The notes under the pieces were generated by a model. The model ran no database searches, was not told where the DNA came from, and saw nothing but the letters and a program-made list of their open reading frames with translations. Below, one piece after another: positions 22,401 through 34,810 of a stretch of DNA of 64,000 bases (position 1 is its first letter; each line of letters opens with the position of its first letter). The stretch is taken from positions 10,168,001 through 10,232,000 of the forward strand of contig JBHGNT010000012.1 in assembly GCA_043228905.1 (NCBI GenBank), given 5' to 3'. Source of the stretch: Azolla caroliniana. Lineage: Eukaryota; Plantae; Polypodiophyta. The translations under genes were made by a program, and so were the position numbers.

Positions 22401-24725
22401 TTCTTGCCGGATTCTCTTTCCACTCTCGCGTGGAGTTCTTTGAAGACGGACAACACTTGGTCCTTTGTCTTCAACGGTGCCGTCCACAGCTTCCGGCTGT
22501 GATCATCAATGAATGTCACGAAGTACTGGGCTCCGCCATGTGACTTCGTTTCTACCTGACACACATCAGTATGCACCAACTCCAATGGTGCGCTACGTCT
22601 CGTCGGTGGCCTTGAGTGGAAGGAGGTTCGGTTCTGCTTACCGGCCAGGCAATCGGTGCACTTCTCCAGGTGCACATGCTTCACTGGAATAAGGTTGTCT
22701 TCTGCAAGCCTCTTCATCCCCTTCTCACTCATGTGGCACAGTCTCTTGTGCCACAGCTCACCGGCAGTGTCGGCTGCCACGTTCAACTCTTCCGGACACA
22801 ACCAGGCATTCATAAGGTACAGTGTGTTGACTTTCCGGGCCCGAGCCACTATCAGGCTCCCCTTGCTGAACTTCATTACGCCGTTCCGGATGCTACCTGT
22901 GTAGCCTTCATCGTCTAGCCTCCCGGCCGAAATCAGGTTCAATCGAACTTCCGGAACGTGTCGGACATCCTTCAGCAGCATTTTGCATCCGGTCGGGGTC
23001 GTCAACCACACGTCTCCTATGCCGGCAATCCGGCACGTACCTTCATTTCCCATCCGAACACAGCCATGCTCACCGGCTGCGTAGGATGAGAAGTATCTTC
23101 TTTCCGGGGTCAGGTGGAACGACGCTCCGGAATCTACCACCCAGGTAATCTCATCGCCGGCAATGTTTAGTTCACCTTCTTCGGTGATGAGCATGATCTC
23201 CTCTTCACTTGCCACGAGTGCCGTCGTTCCTTTCCGGTCCTGCCCTCGCCGATCCGAACCATTCCGGTCCGTGGCTCCCCGGTATGCACCGTTTCTCTCC
23301 GGTGACTTCTTCGAATCGGTGTCGTCGGCTCCGTTGTCCTTTCGGTAATGCCGGCAATTCTTCCGGAAGTGCCCCGGCTTCCCACAGTGGAAGCACGTGG
23401 GTCTTCCTCTTGACTGCGACCGGGTCCCCGACTTCTCCCGTCTTTGCGGACTCCGGTTCCATTGTCTTCCCCGTTCCGATTCGGTAAACAACATCTTCGG
23501 ATCGGAGGCCGGTTCTTTGTCTCTCCGACGCGCTTCTTCGTTCAAAATACTTGTCTTTACCGTTTGTAGGGACAAGTTATCTTCGGTGCAGGAGGTGCTG
23601 AGAGTCACCACCAAGTTCTCCCAGCTTTCCGGCAATGTACACATCAGAATGATGGCTTGCATTGCATCCTCCAGCGGGAACTTGATCGCCGCAAGCTGGT
23701 TCACGAATCCCATGAACGTGCTTACGTGTTCCACCATACTCTCGCCGTCCCGGTACTTGAGGTTCACTATCTTCCTCATCAGGGAGGTCCGGTTCAACGC
23801 ATTCTTCCTCTCGTAGAGGCCCGACAGCTTCCGCCACATCTCATATGCGTTGGTGTCGTTCGCCACATGTTGTAGAACGCTCACGTCTACGTATTGCCGA
23901 ATGGTTGCAACGGCTTTCCGGTTCAGAAGCCTCCATTCCGACTCAAGTACTCCCTTCGGTATTTCCGACTTGTCAATCGGTTCGTACAGGTCCCGAACAA
24001 TCAGAAGATCCTCCATCTTGATCTTCCAGTCGGCGTAATTCTGCGCATTCAGCACCATCATCCCCGACTGCCTGCTGCCGCCGCCTTCCATTTTCTGCAG
24101 CAGTTCGCTCTGATACCAAATTGATGGAAATTAATTGAAACTTTCCAAACTTCAACTCTCGGCCTCAACCAAGGAAAACACACGAATCGTTGTTGCAGAA
24201 AATGGGAAATGCGAAAGATAGAGTGGACACACGATTTAACGTGGAAAACCCTGTACGGGAAAAACCACGGGAGCACAAGACTCCGAAGCAAAACTATGCA
24301 CAGAGAAGTATACAATGGCGAGCTGCAAGGCGACGACCTTGAGCTCGCTGTCCTCGCCACAGGCGGAGGAAATACATAGAGGCGTCGACCTCTTCCTCTC
24401 TCACGCTCTATCTCTCTCACGGCTGCTCTCTCTTCACTCCTCTTAAGTGGAAAAACAGAAAAATGAGTAGCAACACTAAAACTGTTTGCCCTAAGTCATA
24501 TTTGTACACATATGACTTTGGGGCTATTTACAACTATAGCCTCAAGGGCCCTTGGCAAACATATTCACAGATATGTCCCCGCATCCGGATCTCTCTCCGG
24601 GTACAATCGTCATCCGGCTCCGAAACCGGGGTCTTCATCATCCGGTTCCGAAACCGAAACCGGGCTCGTCGGCATTCATCTCCGACATCCGACCATCCCA
24701 TCCGAAAGGGACCGTAATCCCAACA
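19401..24725 (-). mobile_element. Ty1/copia element B (Tnt1/Tork-like), intact, nested in the 3' LTR of A
   Basis: TSD CAAAT. LTRs 19401-20007 and 24122-24725. PBS iMet 24107-24118. PPT GGGGGAGTT next to the 3' LTR. Confidence 0.97.
20018..24091 (-). CDS. Copia gag-pol polyprotein, 1357 aa (GAG, CCHC, PR, IN, RT, RNase H)
   Basis: CFHCGKPGHFRKNC, VVDSGAS, HKRLCH, HTD/IDD/DNGGE, YVDD, TDSD and RTKHI in copia order; single open frame. Confidence 0.96.
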   Translation of the reverse strand: MEGGGSRQSGMMVLNAQNYADWKIKMEDLLIVRDLYEPIDKSEIPKGVLESEWRLLNRKAVATIRQYVDVSVLQHVANDTNAYEMWRKLSGLYERKNALNRTSLMRKIVNLKYRDGESMVEHVSTFMGFVNQLAAIKFPLEDAMQAIILMCTLPESWENLVVTLSTSCTEDNLSLQTVKTSILNEEARRRDKEPASDPKMLFTESERGRQWNRSPQRREKSGTRSQSRGRPTCFHCGKPGHFRKNCRHYRKDNGADDTDSKKSPERNGAYRGATDRNGSDRRGQDRKGTTALVASEEEIMLITEEGELNIAGDEITWVVDSGASFHLTPERRYFSSYAAGEHGCVRMGNEGTCRIAGIGDVWLTTPTGCKMLLKDVRHVPEVRLNLISAGRLDDEGYTGSIRNGVMKFSKGSLIVARARKVNTLYLMNAWLCPEELNVAADTAGELWHKRLCHMSEKGMKRLAEDNLIPVKHVHLEKCTDCLAGKQNRTSFHSRPPTRRSAPLELVHTDVCQVETKSHGGAQYFVTFIDDHSRKLWTAPLKTKDQVLSVFKELHARVERESGKKLKAIRADNGGEYRGQFAEYCRSKGIRLEFTVPKTPELNGLAKRMNRTIMERVRSMLAHAELPKGFWAEAMSTATYVINRSPSVPLDGDTPQRVWTGREVSYRHLKVFGCLAYVHVAKDRRGKLDPKTRPCIFLGYGDDEFGYRVWDPVDKKIFRSRDIIFMENKTLADWESEKKMKSSKSTGEDQLYEEQSRPARDRLALEDPAEDGEETEPAEEDENDTGTGPDPEMDSDEEESEEPVTEAPERRYPLRERRAPRRFPEPEHVLLTDEGEPESFEEAKHDTQSRRWLSAMQDEMDSLHENHTYELVELPKGKRALRNKWVFKLKPGDAGNPPRYKARIVVKGFQQKKGVDFDEIFAPVVKMTSIRTVLSIAASMDLEVEQMDVKTAFLHGDLEEEIYMQQPEGFEKKGKEHLVCRLKKSLYGLKQAPRQWCRKFDSFMTDEGYLKTQSDHCVFVKKFEGGDFLILLLYVDDMLIVGRDQVKIRMLKKALHRTFSMKDLGPARQILGMHIIRDRSKKQLWLSQEKYVTKVLQRFNMSEARPVGLTLPANYKLSSKQSPKTKAEKEDMMKVPYASAVGSLMYAMVCTRPDIGYAVGVVSRYMSNPGKEHWNAAKWILRYLKGTANVCLRFGSGKPELDSFTDSDMSADADTSRSTSGYVMTYAGGAVSWQSRLLKTVALSTTEAEYMAAVEAGKEIIWMKDFIRELGIRQEEYRLYCDSQSAIHLAKNAAYHSRTKHIQRRYHWIRERIEDKEFVLTKIHTDENGSDMLTKVLTPDKLEACRKRIGLERHPMPK

Positions 24726-25060
24726 CAAATAAGCAACAACTTACAACAACAACTTCAAACTGTTTGCCCTAAGTCATATTTATACACATATGACTTTCGG
24801 GCTATTTACAAATATGGCCTCAAGGACCCTTGGCAAACATATTCACAAATATGTCCCCGCATCCGGATTTCTCTCCGGGTACATTCGTCATCCGGCTCCG
24901 TAGCCGGGGTCTTCATCATCCGGCTCCGTAACCGGGTCTCCATCATCCGGCTCCGGAACCGGGTCTCCATCATCCGGCTCCGGAACCGGGTCTTCATTCC
25001 CGATTCCCGGACATCCGACCATCCCATCCGGAGGGACCGTAATCCCAACAGACTCCCCCT

Positions 25061-28000
25061 TCACTTCGGCATGGGATGTCTTTCCAGTCTGACCTTCTTC
25101 CGGGCCGCTTCCAGCTTGTCGGGTGTGAGCACTTTGGTCAGCATGTCTGACCCGTTCTCGTCCGTGTGGATCTTCGTCAGCACGAACTCCTGGTCTTCTA
25201 TCCTTTCCCGTATCCAGTGATATCTTCGCTGGATGTGCTTCGTCCGGGAGTGATAGGCCGCGTTCTTCGCAAGGTGGATGGCACTCTGACTGTCGCAGTA
25301 GAGTCGGTACTCCTCCTGCCGGATACCGAGCTCTCTAATGAAGTCCTTCATCCATATCATTTCCTTGCCGGCTTCAACAGCCGCCATGTACTCCGCCTCC
25401 GTGGTTGACAACGAAACCGTCTTCTGCAGCCTCGACTGCCACGAAACAGCTCCCCCTGCATAGGTCATCACATACCCTGATGTGGACCGACTGGTATCTG
25501 CATCAGCCGACATGTCCGAATCGGTAAAGCCGTCGAGTTCGGGCTTACCGGAGCCGAATCGGAGGCACACGTTTGCCGTGCCCTTCAGGTATCGGAGTAT
25601 CCACTTGACCGCGTTCCAGTGCTCTTTGCCGGGATCGCTCATGTACCGGCTCACCACTCCGACTGCATATCCTATGTCCGGTCTTGTACACACCATTGCG
25701 TACATCAAGCTTCCGACGGCAAAGGCATATGGTACTTTCATCATGTCCTCCTTCTCAGCCTTTGTCTTGGGGTTTTGCTTGCTGGACAACTTACAGTTTG
25801 CCGGGAGGGTTGACCCGACCGGTGTTGCTTCCGACATGTTGAACCGGTGAAGCACCTTTGTCACGTACTTCTCCTGTGACAGCCACAACTGCTTCTTCTT
25901 CCGGTCCCGGATGATGTGCATCCCTAGTATTTGTCTCACCGGACCTAGGTCCTTCATTGAGAAGGTTCGGTGAAGCGCTTTCTTCAGCATCCGTATCTTG
26001 ACCTGGTCCCGTCCAACGATCAACATGTCGTCCACGTACAGGAGGAGTATTAGAAAGTCTCCTCCTTCGAACTTCTTCACAAACACGCAGTGATCGGACT
26101 GCGTTTTGTGGTACCCTTCGTCGGTCATGTAAGAGTCGAACTTTCGGTACCATTGCCGGGGAGCCTGCTTCAGTCCGTAAAGGCTCTTCTTCAACCGGCA
26201 TACCAGGTGCTCCTTCCCTTTCTTCTCGAATCCTTCCGGTTGCTGCATGTAGATCTCTTCTTCGAGGTCACCGTGAAGGAATGCCGTCTTCACGTCCATT
26301 TGTTCTACCTCGAGGTCCATGCTTGCCGCTATGCTCAGCACCGTCCGGATGGAGGTCATCTTCACTACCGGGGCAAATATCTCGTCGAAGTCGACGCCCT
26401 TCTTCTGCTGAACCCCTTCACCACGATCCTGGCTTTGTATCTCGGGGGGTTTCCGGCATCTCCCGGTTTCAGCTTGAACACCCACTTGTTTCGAAGTGCC
26501 CGCTTTCCTTTCGGCAACTCCACAAGTTCATATGTGTGGTTCTCATGCAGGGAATCCATCTCCTCCTGCATGGCACTTAACCACCTGCGGCTATGGGTGT
26601 CAAGCTTTGCTTCTTCAAAACTCTTCGGCTCCCCCTCGTCGGTTAGCAGCACGTGCTCTGGTTCCGGAAATCTCCTCGGGGCCCTTCTCTCTCTTAGAGG
26701 ATATCTCCGTTCCTGAGCTTCGGTAACCGGCTCCTCCGTTTCCTCTTCATCCGAATCCATTCCGGGATCGGGGCCGGTTCCGGTATCAGTTTCATCTTCC
26801 TCGGCCGGTTCTGTTTCTTCACCGTCTTCGGCCGGATCCTGAGTGCTAACCGGTCCCTTGCCGGTCGGGACTGCTCCTCGTAGAGTTGATCCTCACCGGT
26901 CGACTTGGAGCTCTTCATCTTCTTCTCCGACTCCCAGTCGGCGAGTGTCTTGTCCTCCATGAAGATGATATCACGACTCCGGAATATCTTTTTGTCGACC
27001 GGGTCCCATACTCGGTAGCCGAACTCATCATCGCCGTAACCGAGGAATATGCATGGCCGGGTCTTTGGATCTAGCTTTCCTCTCCGGTCCTTTGCCACAT
27101 GCACATATGCGAGACACCCGAACACCTTCAGATGCCGGTAGGATACTTCCCTACCGGTCCACACTCTCTGCGGCGTGTCTCCGTCCAAAGGTACTGAGGG
27201 TGATCTGTTTATCACGTATGTCGCCGTCGACATTGCCTCAGCCCAAAACTCCTTGGGTAATTTCGCATGCGCCAGCATACTCCGGACCCTCTCCATTATG
27301 GTCCGGTTCATCCTCTCGGACAGCCCGTTCAGTTCCGGCGTCTTCGGCACAGTAAACTCGAGCCGGATTCCCTTCGAGCGACAGTACTCCTCGAACTGCC
27401 CCCGGTATTCCCCTCCGTTATCCGCTCGTATCGCTTTCAGCTTCTTGCCGGATTCCCTTTCCACTCTCGCGTGGAGTTCTTTGAAGACACACAACACTTG
27501 GTCCTTTGTCTTCAACGGTGCCGTCCACAGCTTCCGGCTGTGGTCATCAATGAATGTCACGAAGTACTGGGCTCCGCCATGTGACTTCGTTTCTACTTGA
27601 CACACGTCAGTGTGCACCAACTCCAATGGTGCGCTACGTCTCGTCGGTGGTCTTGAGTGGAAGGAGGTCCGGTTTTGCTTACCGGCCAGACAGTTGGTAC
27701 ACTTCCCCAAGAGTACGTGCTTTACCGGTATCAGGTTGTCTTCGGCAAGCCTCTTCATCCCCTTCTCGCTCATGTGGCACAGTCTCTTGTGCCACAGCTC
27801 ACCGGCAGTGTCAGCTGCCATGTTCAGCTCCTCCGGACATAGCCGGGAATTCATCAGGTACAGTGTGTTGACCTTCCGGGCCCGAGCCACTATCAGGCTC
27901 CCCTTGCTGAACTTCATTACGCCGTTCCGGATGCTACCCGTGCGTGTAGCCTTCATCGTCTAGCCTCCCGGCCGAAATCAGGTTCAATCGAACCTCCGGA

Positions 28001-29136
28001 ACGTGTCGGACATCCTTCAGTAGCATCTTGCATCCGGTTGATGTCATCAGCCACACGTCTCCTATGCAGGCAATCCGGCATGTACCTTCATTTCCCATCC
28101 GGACACAGCCGTGCTCACCGGCTGTGTAGGATGAGAAGTATTTCTTCTCCGGGGTCAGGTGGAACGACGCTCCGGAATCGACCACCCAGGTCATCTCTTC
28201 ACCGGCAAGGTTCAGCTCCCTCTCTTCGGTAATGAGCATTATCTCTTCTTCACTTGCCGCGAGTGCCGTCGTTCCTTTCCGGTCCTGCCCTCGCCGATCC
28301 GGACCTCTCCGGTTCGTGGCTCCCCGGTATGCACCGTTTCGCTCCGGTGACTTCTTCGAATCGGTACCGTCGGTTCCGTTGTCTTTCCGGAAATGCCGAC
28401 AGTTCTTCTGGAAGTGCCCCGGCTTCCCACAGTAGAAGCATGTAGGTCTTCCCCTCGACTGCGACCGTGTCCCCGACTTCTCCCGTCTTTGCGGACTCCG
28501 GTTCCGTTGTCTTCCCCGTTCCGATTCGGTAAGCAGCGCCTTCGAGTCGGAGGCCGGTTCTTTATCTCTCCGACGCGCTTCTTCATTTAGAATACTTGTC
28601 TTTACCGTTAGTAAAGACAAGTTCTCTTCCTTACAGGAGGTGCTGAGAGTAACTACCAAGTTCTCCCAGCTCTCCGGAAGGGTACACATCAGCATGATGG
28701 CTTGCATTGCGTCATCCAACGGGAACTTGATCGCCGCAAGCTGGTTCACGAATCCCATGAACGTGCTGACGTGTTCGACCATGCTCTCGCCGTCCCGGTA
28801 CTTAAGGTTCACTATCTTCCTCATCAGGGAGGTCCGGGTCAGAGCATTCTTCCTCTCATACAGTCCGGACAGCTTCTGCCACATCTCATAGGCGTTCGTA
28901 TCGTTCGCCACATGTTGCAGAACACTTACATCGACATATTGCCGGATCGTCGCTACGGCTTTCCGGTTCAGGAGCTTCCACTCCGACTCTATTACCCCCT
29001 TGGGTATCTCGGCATTGTCGATCGGTTCGTACAGGTCTCGGACGATGAGAAGGTCTTCCATCTTTATCTTCCAGTCGGCGTAGTTCTGTGAGTTCAACAC
29101 CATCATGCCCGAAGGCCCACTACCGCCGCCTTCCAT
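25061..29136 (-). pseudogene. Copia A gag-pol with three frameshifts (about 27940, 26840 and 26410)
   Basis: ORF pieces 27934-29136, 26694-27956, 26365-26760 and 25061-26485 tile a polyprotein nearly identical to that of B. The indels could be assembly errors. Confidence 0.92.
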
Positions 29137-29430
29137 TTTCTGTGTTACCGTCGCTCTGATACCACTTTGTTAAAAACAGTGCTCGGCCACAACCGAGGAA
29201 TAGGATCAACTCACAGAAAACAGGAAATACACAATGCACTAAGACAATAGAGAGAAGAGTGCACAGGATGTTTTACGTGGAAAACCCTAAATGGGAAAAA
29301 CCACGGGAGTCCTCAAACTCCAACTATCACTATGAACAGAGATGTACAATGGTGAAGCTACAAGGCAACAACCTTGAGCTCACTGTCTTCGCCACAGGCG
29401 GCGGTAATACACAGAGGCAACGACCTCTTC

Positions 29431-29463
<33 letters not shown>

Positions 29464-30197
29464 CTGCTCTCTTCACTCTCTTGCACTCTCGGCTGCTCTC
29501 TTCACTCTCTTGCACACATGAGAGTGGCAACACACAAATAAGCAACAACTTACAACAACAACTTCAAACTGTTTGCCCTAAGTCATATTTATACACATAT
29601 GACTTTCGGGCTATTTACAAATATGGCCTCAAGGACCCTTGGCAAATATATTCACAAATATGTCCCCGCATCCGGATTTCTCTCCGGGTACATTCGTCAT
29701 CCGGCTCCGTAGCCGGGGTCTTCATCATCCGGCTCCGTAACCGGGGTCTTCATCATCCGGCTCCGGAACCGGGTCTCCATCATCCGGCTCCGGAACCGGG
29801 TCTTCATTCCCGATTCCCGGACATCCGACCATCCCATCCGGAGGGACCGTAATCCCAACAGGTAGGAAATGACGAGGGAGCCGGTCCATCAAGGAAATAC
29901 GACGCTCGAGGTGCACGAAGAAGGGAAGAGCCGAATCAGTCTCAAGAATGTGACGAAAGATGGAAAGAGAAGGGGAACCCCCCCAACTTCAAGCTTTTCT
30001 CGGAGATCGAACAAGCAACGGACTTGAAGAAGGTAGTGGAGGAAAGGATCCTCGATAGTCGCATAGAGTTTACTTTGCGAGAGGTCCTCGGAATTGCCAA
30101 GAAAGAATTCCACGAGGTCATCATCGACCTAATGAAGAGGAAGCGGCTCTCGACGAAGCAAGAAGTGGCAAAGCCTACGATTGTAAATGCATTGTCA

Positions 30198-31413
30198 ACT
30201 GACGTTCCGCTCCTTTGGAAATGGGTGCCGATGTTTCTTGCTGAATTGGCAAGTGGCACCCACGCCTTCAATCTCTTTCTCCGTGAATGTCAGGAGCCCG
30301 ATGACGACTCCTTTCCATTGCATTGCCTTGAGCTTTTGGAGGTTGATATGGCCAATCTGCTTGTGCCATAACTCTATGTCGGAATCGGCTTTCATGCCCT
30401 TTGCGAACATGGCCGATTTCATCTCGTGTGAGTCGAGAATGAACATTCAACCCTCTCTTCGTCCGCGAGCGATGAGTTAGCCCTCTTTTTCGATGAAGCA
30501 ACCGCCTTGATTAAATCATGCTTGCATTCCTTGCTCTACAATTTGGCTGATGGAGACCAAATTCTTCGTGATAGTTAGTACATGCAAGACATTTTTAATA
30601 TAAGTTTGCTTACCTTCTTCTCCGAACGGAATATTGCCGATGTGCCGAATCGGGTACATAGTGTCATCTCCGGTTTCGATATTTAGCCGGGTCGGTCCAG
30701 CTCTCGAAGTTCTCGGAAAAATTCTTGATGCGACGTCATATGGTTCGAAGCACCGGAATCGACGAACCATACGTCTTCCGGACCGGAGGCATTAGTAGAA
30801 GTAGAGGCCGACATAGAATTCACTCTATGTCTCATCACGAACATTCCGTTGCGATCGTCATAGTCGGAGTTGATGGCGTAATTGGTGAGTTGTCGGCTAG
30901 TGGAAGTCGACTCGCGTATCTTCTTACAGAATTCTTCTTCGTGGTGACCGATTTTTCCTCAATATCCGCATTCGACTGAGCTTTGTCGGTTCGGACTGGA
31001 ATGGAAGCTCCCCCTTCTTCTGAAGGTTCCTCGATGGCTTCTGTCTTGATGCCAAAATTGCGAGTTGTTTTCGTAAGTCGGGCCTCGTCCGCCTCGTCCT
31101 TGGCCGAATCGGCCTCTTCTTGCACGACCATGTCCTCTTCCTCTGTTTGTATGCGTGTAGAGCATGTGGCCTTCTGAGGTGTTGTTCCTCGTTCAAAAAT
31201 GGTTTTCTTCGACCAACAACATAGATTGAAGATCGAAGAAGGAGGGTGGATTCTCCCGTGCTAGTATGGCGGTCCGCATCGCGCCGAATCGTGGTGCAAG
31301 GCCGCTGAGGCATATTTGCACCATCTCATCATCGTCCATATTGACACTTATTGAGCCAAGTGAGTCGCAAAGCTCCTTGATCTTCAAGGTGTAGCTTGTG
31401 ATGGACATATCCC
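30198..31413 (-). pseudogene. Decayed copia gag-protease-pre-integrase fragment (second family)
   Basis: YTLKIKELCDSL..LLVEE, WFVDSGASNHMT at about 30770, ELWHKQIGH. Confidence 0.8.
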
Positions 31414-31439
31414 TGTCATGACTTATTCAGGAGGAGCCG

Positions 31440-31721
31440 TATTGTGGTAGTCGAGTTTGTAGAAATCCATTGCAGTGTCGACAACAGATGGAGAAGGGAG
31501 TACATGGTAGTTGTGGAAGTCGGCAAGGAAGTAATTTGGATGAAGGAATTTAGCAAAGAGCTAGGGATCCGGGAGGAGGAATTCCGGCTCTACTACGATA
31601 GTCAAAGTGTCATCCACCTTGCGAAGAATGCGGCCTACCATCCCCGGACCAAGCACATCTAGAGAAGAAATCACTGGCAACGGGAGAAGGTAGAAGATCA
31701 AGACTTCATGCTGATGAAGAT
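31440..31721 (+). pseudogene. Copia RNase H fragment (A/B/C-like)
   Basis: EYM..VEVGKEVIWMKEF..ELGI..DSQSVIHLAKNAAYHPRTKHI. Confidence 0.82.
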
Positions 31722-34700
31722 TGTTGAGATAGAATCTCAACATTGGGTACGTAAAACAGTATGCACAACATGGTCGTAGCGGTGCGTAAACCAAGAGGCC
31801 GTTAGAACGTTATTCCTCGTAAGGATTAATTTTGGGAGTTAGTGTAGAAGGCTCATTTATGAGCAGTCAAGTACTGTCAGTACTTGTGTCAGCCCAATAG
31901 TCAGGGCTTGTATAAAAGGTGCTCACTGAGCACGAAGTACACACAGAGAGAACATATAGAGATTTATTTTTTGAATATAGTTTTTGGTCTGCTCTCTCTC
32001 TCTCTCCTTCTCTGTGATTTCTGCGTTTTTACCGAATTGTGTACTCTGTGTCTTACGGATACACTTCTGCACACACATTCTTTTACATGGGATCAGAGCA
32101 CGAGGGTTGAGACTCCTGTGCAGCCGACAGAAAAGGTTGTGATAAAGACAGAGTTAAGGTATTGTTTTTCGAAAAGGCTAAGATAGCAATATGGACAGAG
32201 GAATGGGAAGCTCGCTATCGACTGAGAAGCTTGACAGGAGCAACTACGCATCTTGGTCGTAGAAGATGCTCAAGTACCTACTTGGTCATGGTTACTGGAG
32301 TTATGTCGAAGGAACTAATGATTCAACACCCGAATTGACACACAGAGATTTTTCGGCTTGGGGACAAGCGACAAGCAGAGTTCTTTACTGCTTTGTGTCA
32401 TGTGTGAGAGACCAACTCTAAGACCCAAAGGACGTGTGGGCGAATCTCAAGAGGATTTTTGCCACTAGCACAACGGCCAGGAAGCTACAGCTCCGGCAAG
32501 AGCTCAACAATGTCTGACCGAAAGATTTGTTTGTGGCCGATTACACGACCCAAATCAAGGAAATCTGCGATTCCCTCGCCTCCGTTAATGTGAACATCGA
32601 GGAGGACTAAATGGTGTAGGTTTGTCTTGGAGGGTTAGCGTCAAAGTTCGGAGCACTCCATATGGCAGTCTGCACAAGGGAGAATACACCCTCATTCTTC
32701 GAGCTTCAGTCGATGTTGCTCGTGGAGGAAAATCACGCGGGTGCATCGACGATTACGCACGCCAACAGCAAGATGCTGTACACGGAGGAAGATAGGGCCC
32801 GTGGTCTTGGCGGACGAGGTGGAGCGGCCGAAAAGAGCACAACGTGCGGCATAATCGAAATGCCAGAAGCAATTCTGAACCCTCCGGAAGCAGGGGGAGT
32901 CATAGCGGCGTCGGAAGCCGGCAAGAGAAGGCTACGACGGATTGTTGGTACTGTGGCAAGAAAGGCCATAGAGAGAGCGAGGGTTGGAAGAAGAGAGCTG
33001 ATTCGGACAAAACCGGATTGAGTGGAAGAGACACAAGAAGGTGCCAGAAATCGCACTACGCCGAGGGCTCCGAACGAGCTGGAAATGGATTGGGCCCAAC
33101 CTTCGTAATGAAGCACAAGGCCAATTCGATGGCCTTGAACACCTTGAAACCAAGCGATGTTGATTCCGGAGCATCGAATCACATGACGAGTCACGAGGAA
33201 TGGTTCTCGTACTTGGAGAAACCGGAAAAACAAGGAGTGGTCGAAACGGGAGACGACACTCCGCATACCATCGAACATGTCGGTGAAGTTCCCCTTAGCC
33301 ACGTTGAGAAAAAAGGGAAATTCATGAACGTGTTGCACGTCCCGACAATAACCAAGAACCTGGTGTCGGTCGGTCAGATTGTCGACTAGGGGTTGCAAGT
33401 TCGATTCACCCACCTCGGGTGCTACATTGAAGAGGAAGGCCAAGTTATTGCGCAAGGGCGCTGTGAAGGGAGGATGTTCATCCTCGACACCAACCAAGAT
33501 GGAACCGCACTGTTTGCAAAAGGAGAAACGGTTGAATGAGATATCAACCTATAGCACAAGAGGTTCGGCCACATTAACTTCCCACGACTTCGTGAAATGT
33601 AGATGAAGAACATTGTTTTCGGTTTGTCGAAATTTCGTGGCCGGGATGGCCAAGTCTGCGAAGCTTGCCAACTAGGGAAGCAACACCGACTTCCGTTCCC
33701 AAACAAGCGTAATCGGAGTTGAAATCCGCTCGGCTTAATCCATTCGGATGTGTGGGGATTGGCATAGAACGTGAGTTTCGGTGTAAGCCGTTACTTCATA
33801 ACCTTCATCAATGAATTCACTCGGCACACCTGGGCATGCTTCATCGCGAAAAAGAGCGAAGACTTCGCTTGGTTCCTGAAGGTGAAGAGCCTTGCGGAAA
33901 GGGAAACTAGGCGTAAGATCAAGTGCTTATGGTCTGATGGTGGGAAGGAGTACTTCTCCGACCAATTCACAAGTTACCTACAGAAGGAAGGGATTTGATG
34001 TGAATTCTTGTGTACATACACGCCGCAATAGAATGGTGTGGCCGAAAGGAAGAATTGAACAATCGAAGAAGCCGCCAGGTCAATGCTTGCAGAGAAGCAT
34101 ATGCCGAAGTTTTACTTGGCTGAACCCGTAAGGACAGCTTTTTACTTGCAGAATCGGATTTGTGCTAATGGAGGAGTGTCGCCACATGAGTTGTATTACA
34201 GGAAGAAACTGAACCTGGCACACTTGAGGATTTTTGGCAGCATTGTGTATGTGCATGTGCCGAAGGAGAAGAGGAGGAAGTTGGATGCCAAAGCTGAGAA
34301 GTGTATCTTGGCCGGCTATTTAGATGAGCAAAAGGGGTATAAGTGTTATAACCCCCGAACAAAGGAAGTTCGCGTAAACCGAGATGTCATGTTCGACAAG
34401 TCCGCTTCCTGGTACTTGCCTTCGCCTCCAATCATTGATGAATCCATTCCGAATTCTTAAGAAGAGGTTAGCGAGGCTGAGATGCCTTCGCATGATGAGG
34501 AAATCAAAGCTCTGATAGAGAGTCCAATCTCATTTTGGCTAAGTGGGCCGAATGAGGGGTTGGCCCGAGATGGCCAACCAAATGAAGAGCCGGCGAGTAG
34601 TGGAGACTCACCCGTGTTGTAAAGAGAAGAAGAAAATGTTGGAATACAATTTCGGCAGTGCCGAGTCAGATTAGAGCGAATCTGATGTCGGGCTAATCGA

Positions 34701-34810
34701 GAAGGACTCTCCACAAAAGAAGTCGAAATCAGCCGAAAGGCCGTGAAATCGGGTAATCACGAATAATGCTGATCTACCCGCCTGAAGAACCCCGTAAAAA
34801 GATACGACTA
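31722..34810 (+). mobile_element. Decayed 3'-truncated copia element H
   Basis: LTR 31722-32087 (TG..CA), PBS TGGGATCAGAGC, gag EKLDRSNYASW, CWYCGKKGH, DSGASNHM, integrase SDGGKEY and KLDAKAEKC; many stops. Confidence 0.85.

Larger units (their letters stand above)
19027..29860 (-). mobile_element. Ty1/copia element A (Tnt1/Tork-like), full length
   Basis: TSD GGTAG. 5' LTR 29168-29860; 3' LTR 19027-25050, split by copia B. PBS tRNA-iMet TGGTATCAGAGC at 29153-29164; PPT at about 25051-25060. Confidence 0.96.
15540..30197 (+). mobile_element. Truncated Ty3/gypsy-type element F with tRNA-Trp PBS, interrupted by copia A
   Basis: Long LTR with a TATA box (about 15756) ending CAACA at 17675, then PBS and gag. 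The sequence resumes at 29866 (DLKKVVEERILDSRIEFTLREVLGIAKKEF) and is cut at about 30197. The left boundary is approximate. Confidence 0.75.

Noticed and set aside
20033-29091. Many 60-200 aa plus-strand ORFs over the copia elements, recurring at 44213-47290
   Set aside because: Antisense shadows of GC-rich gag-pol. Their recurrence only reflects element similarity.
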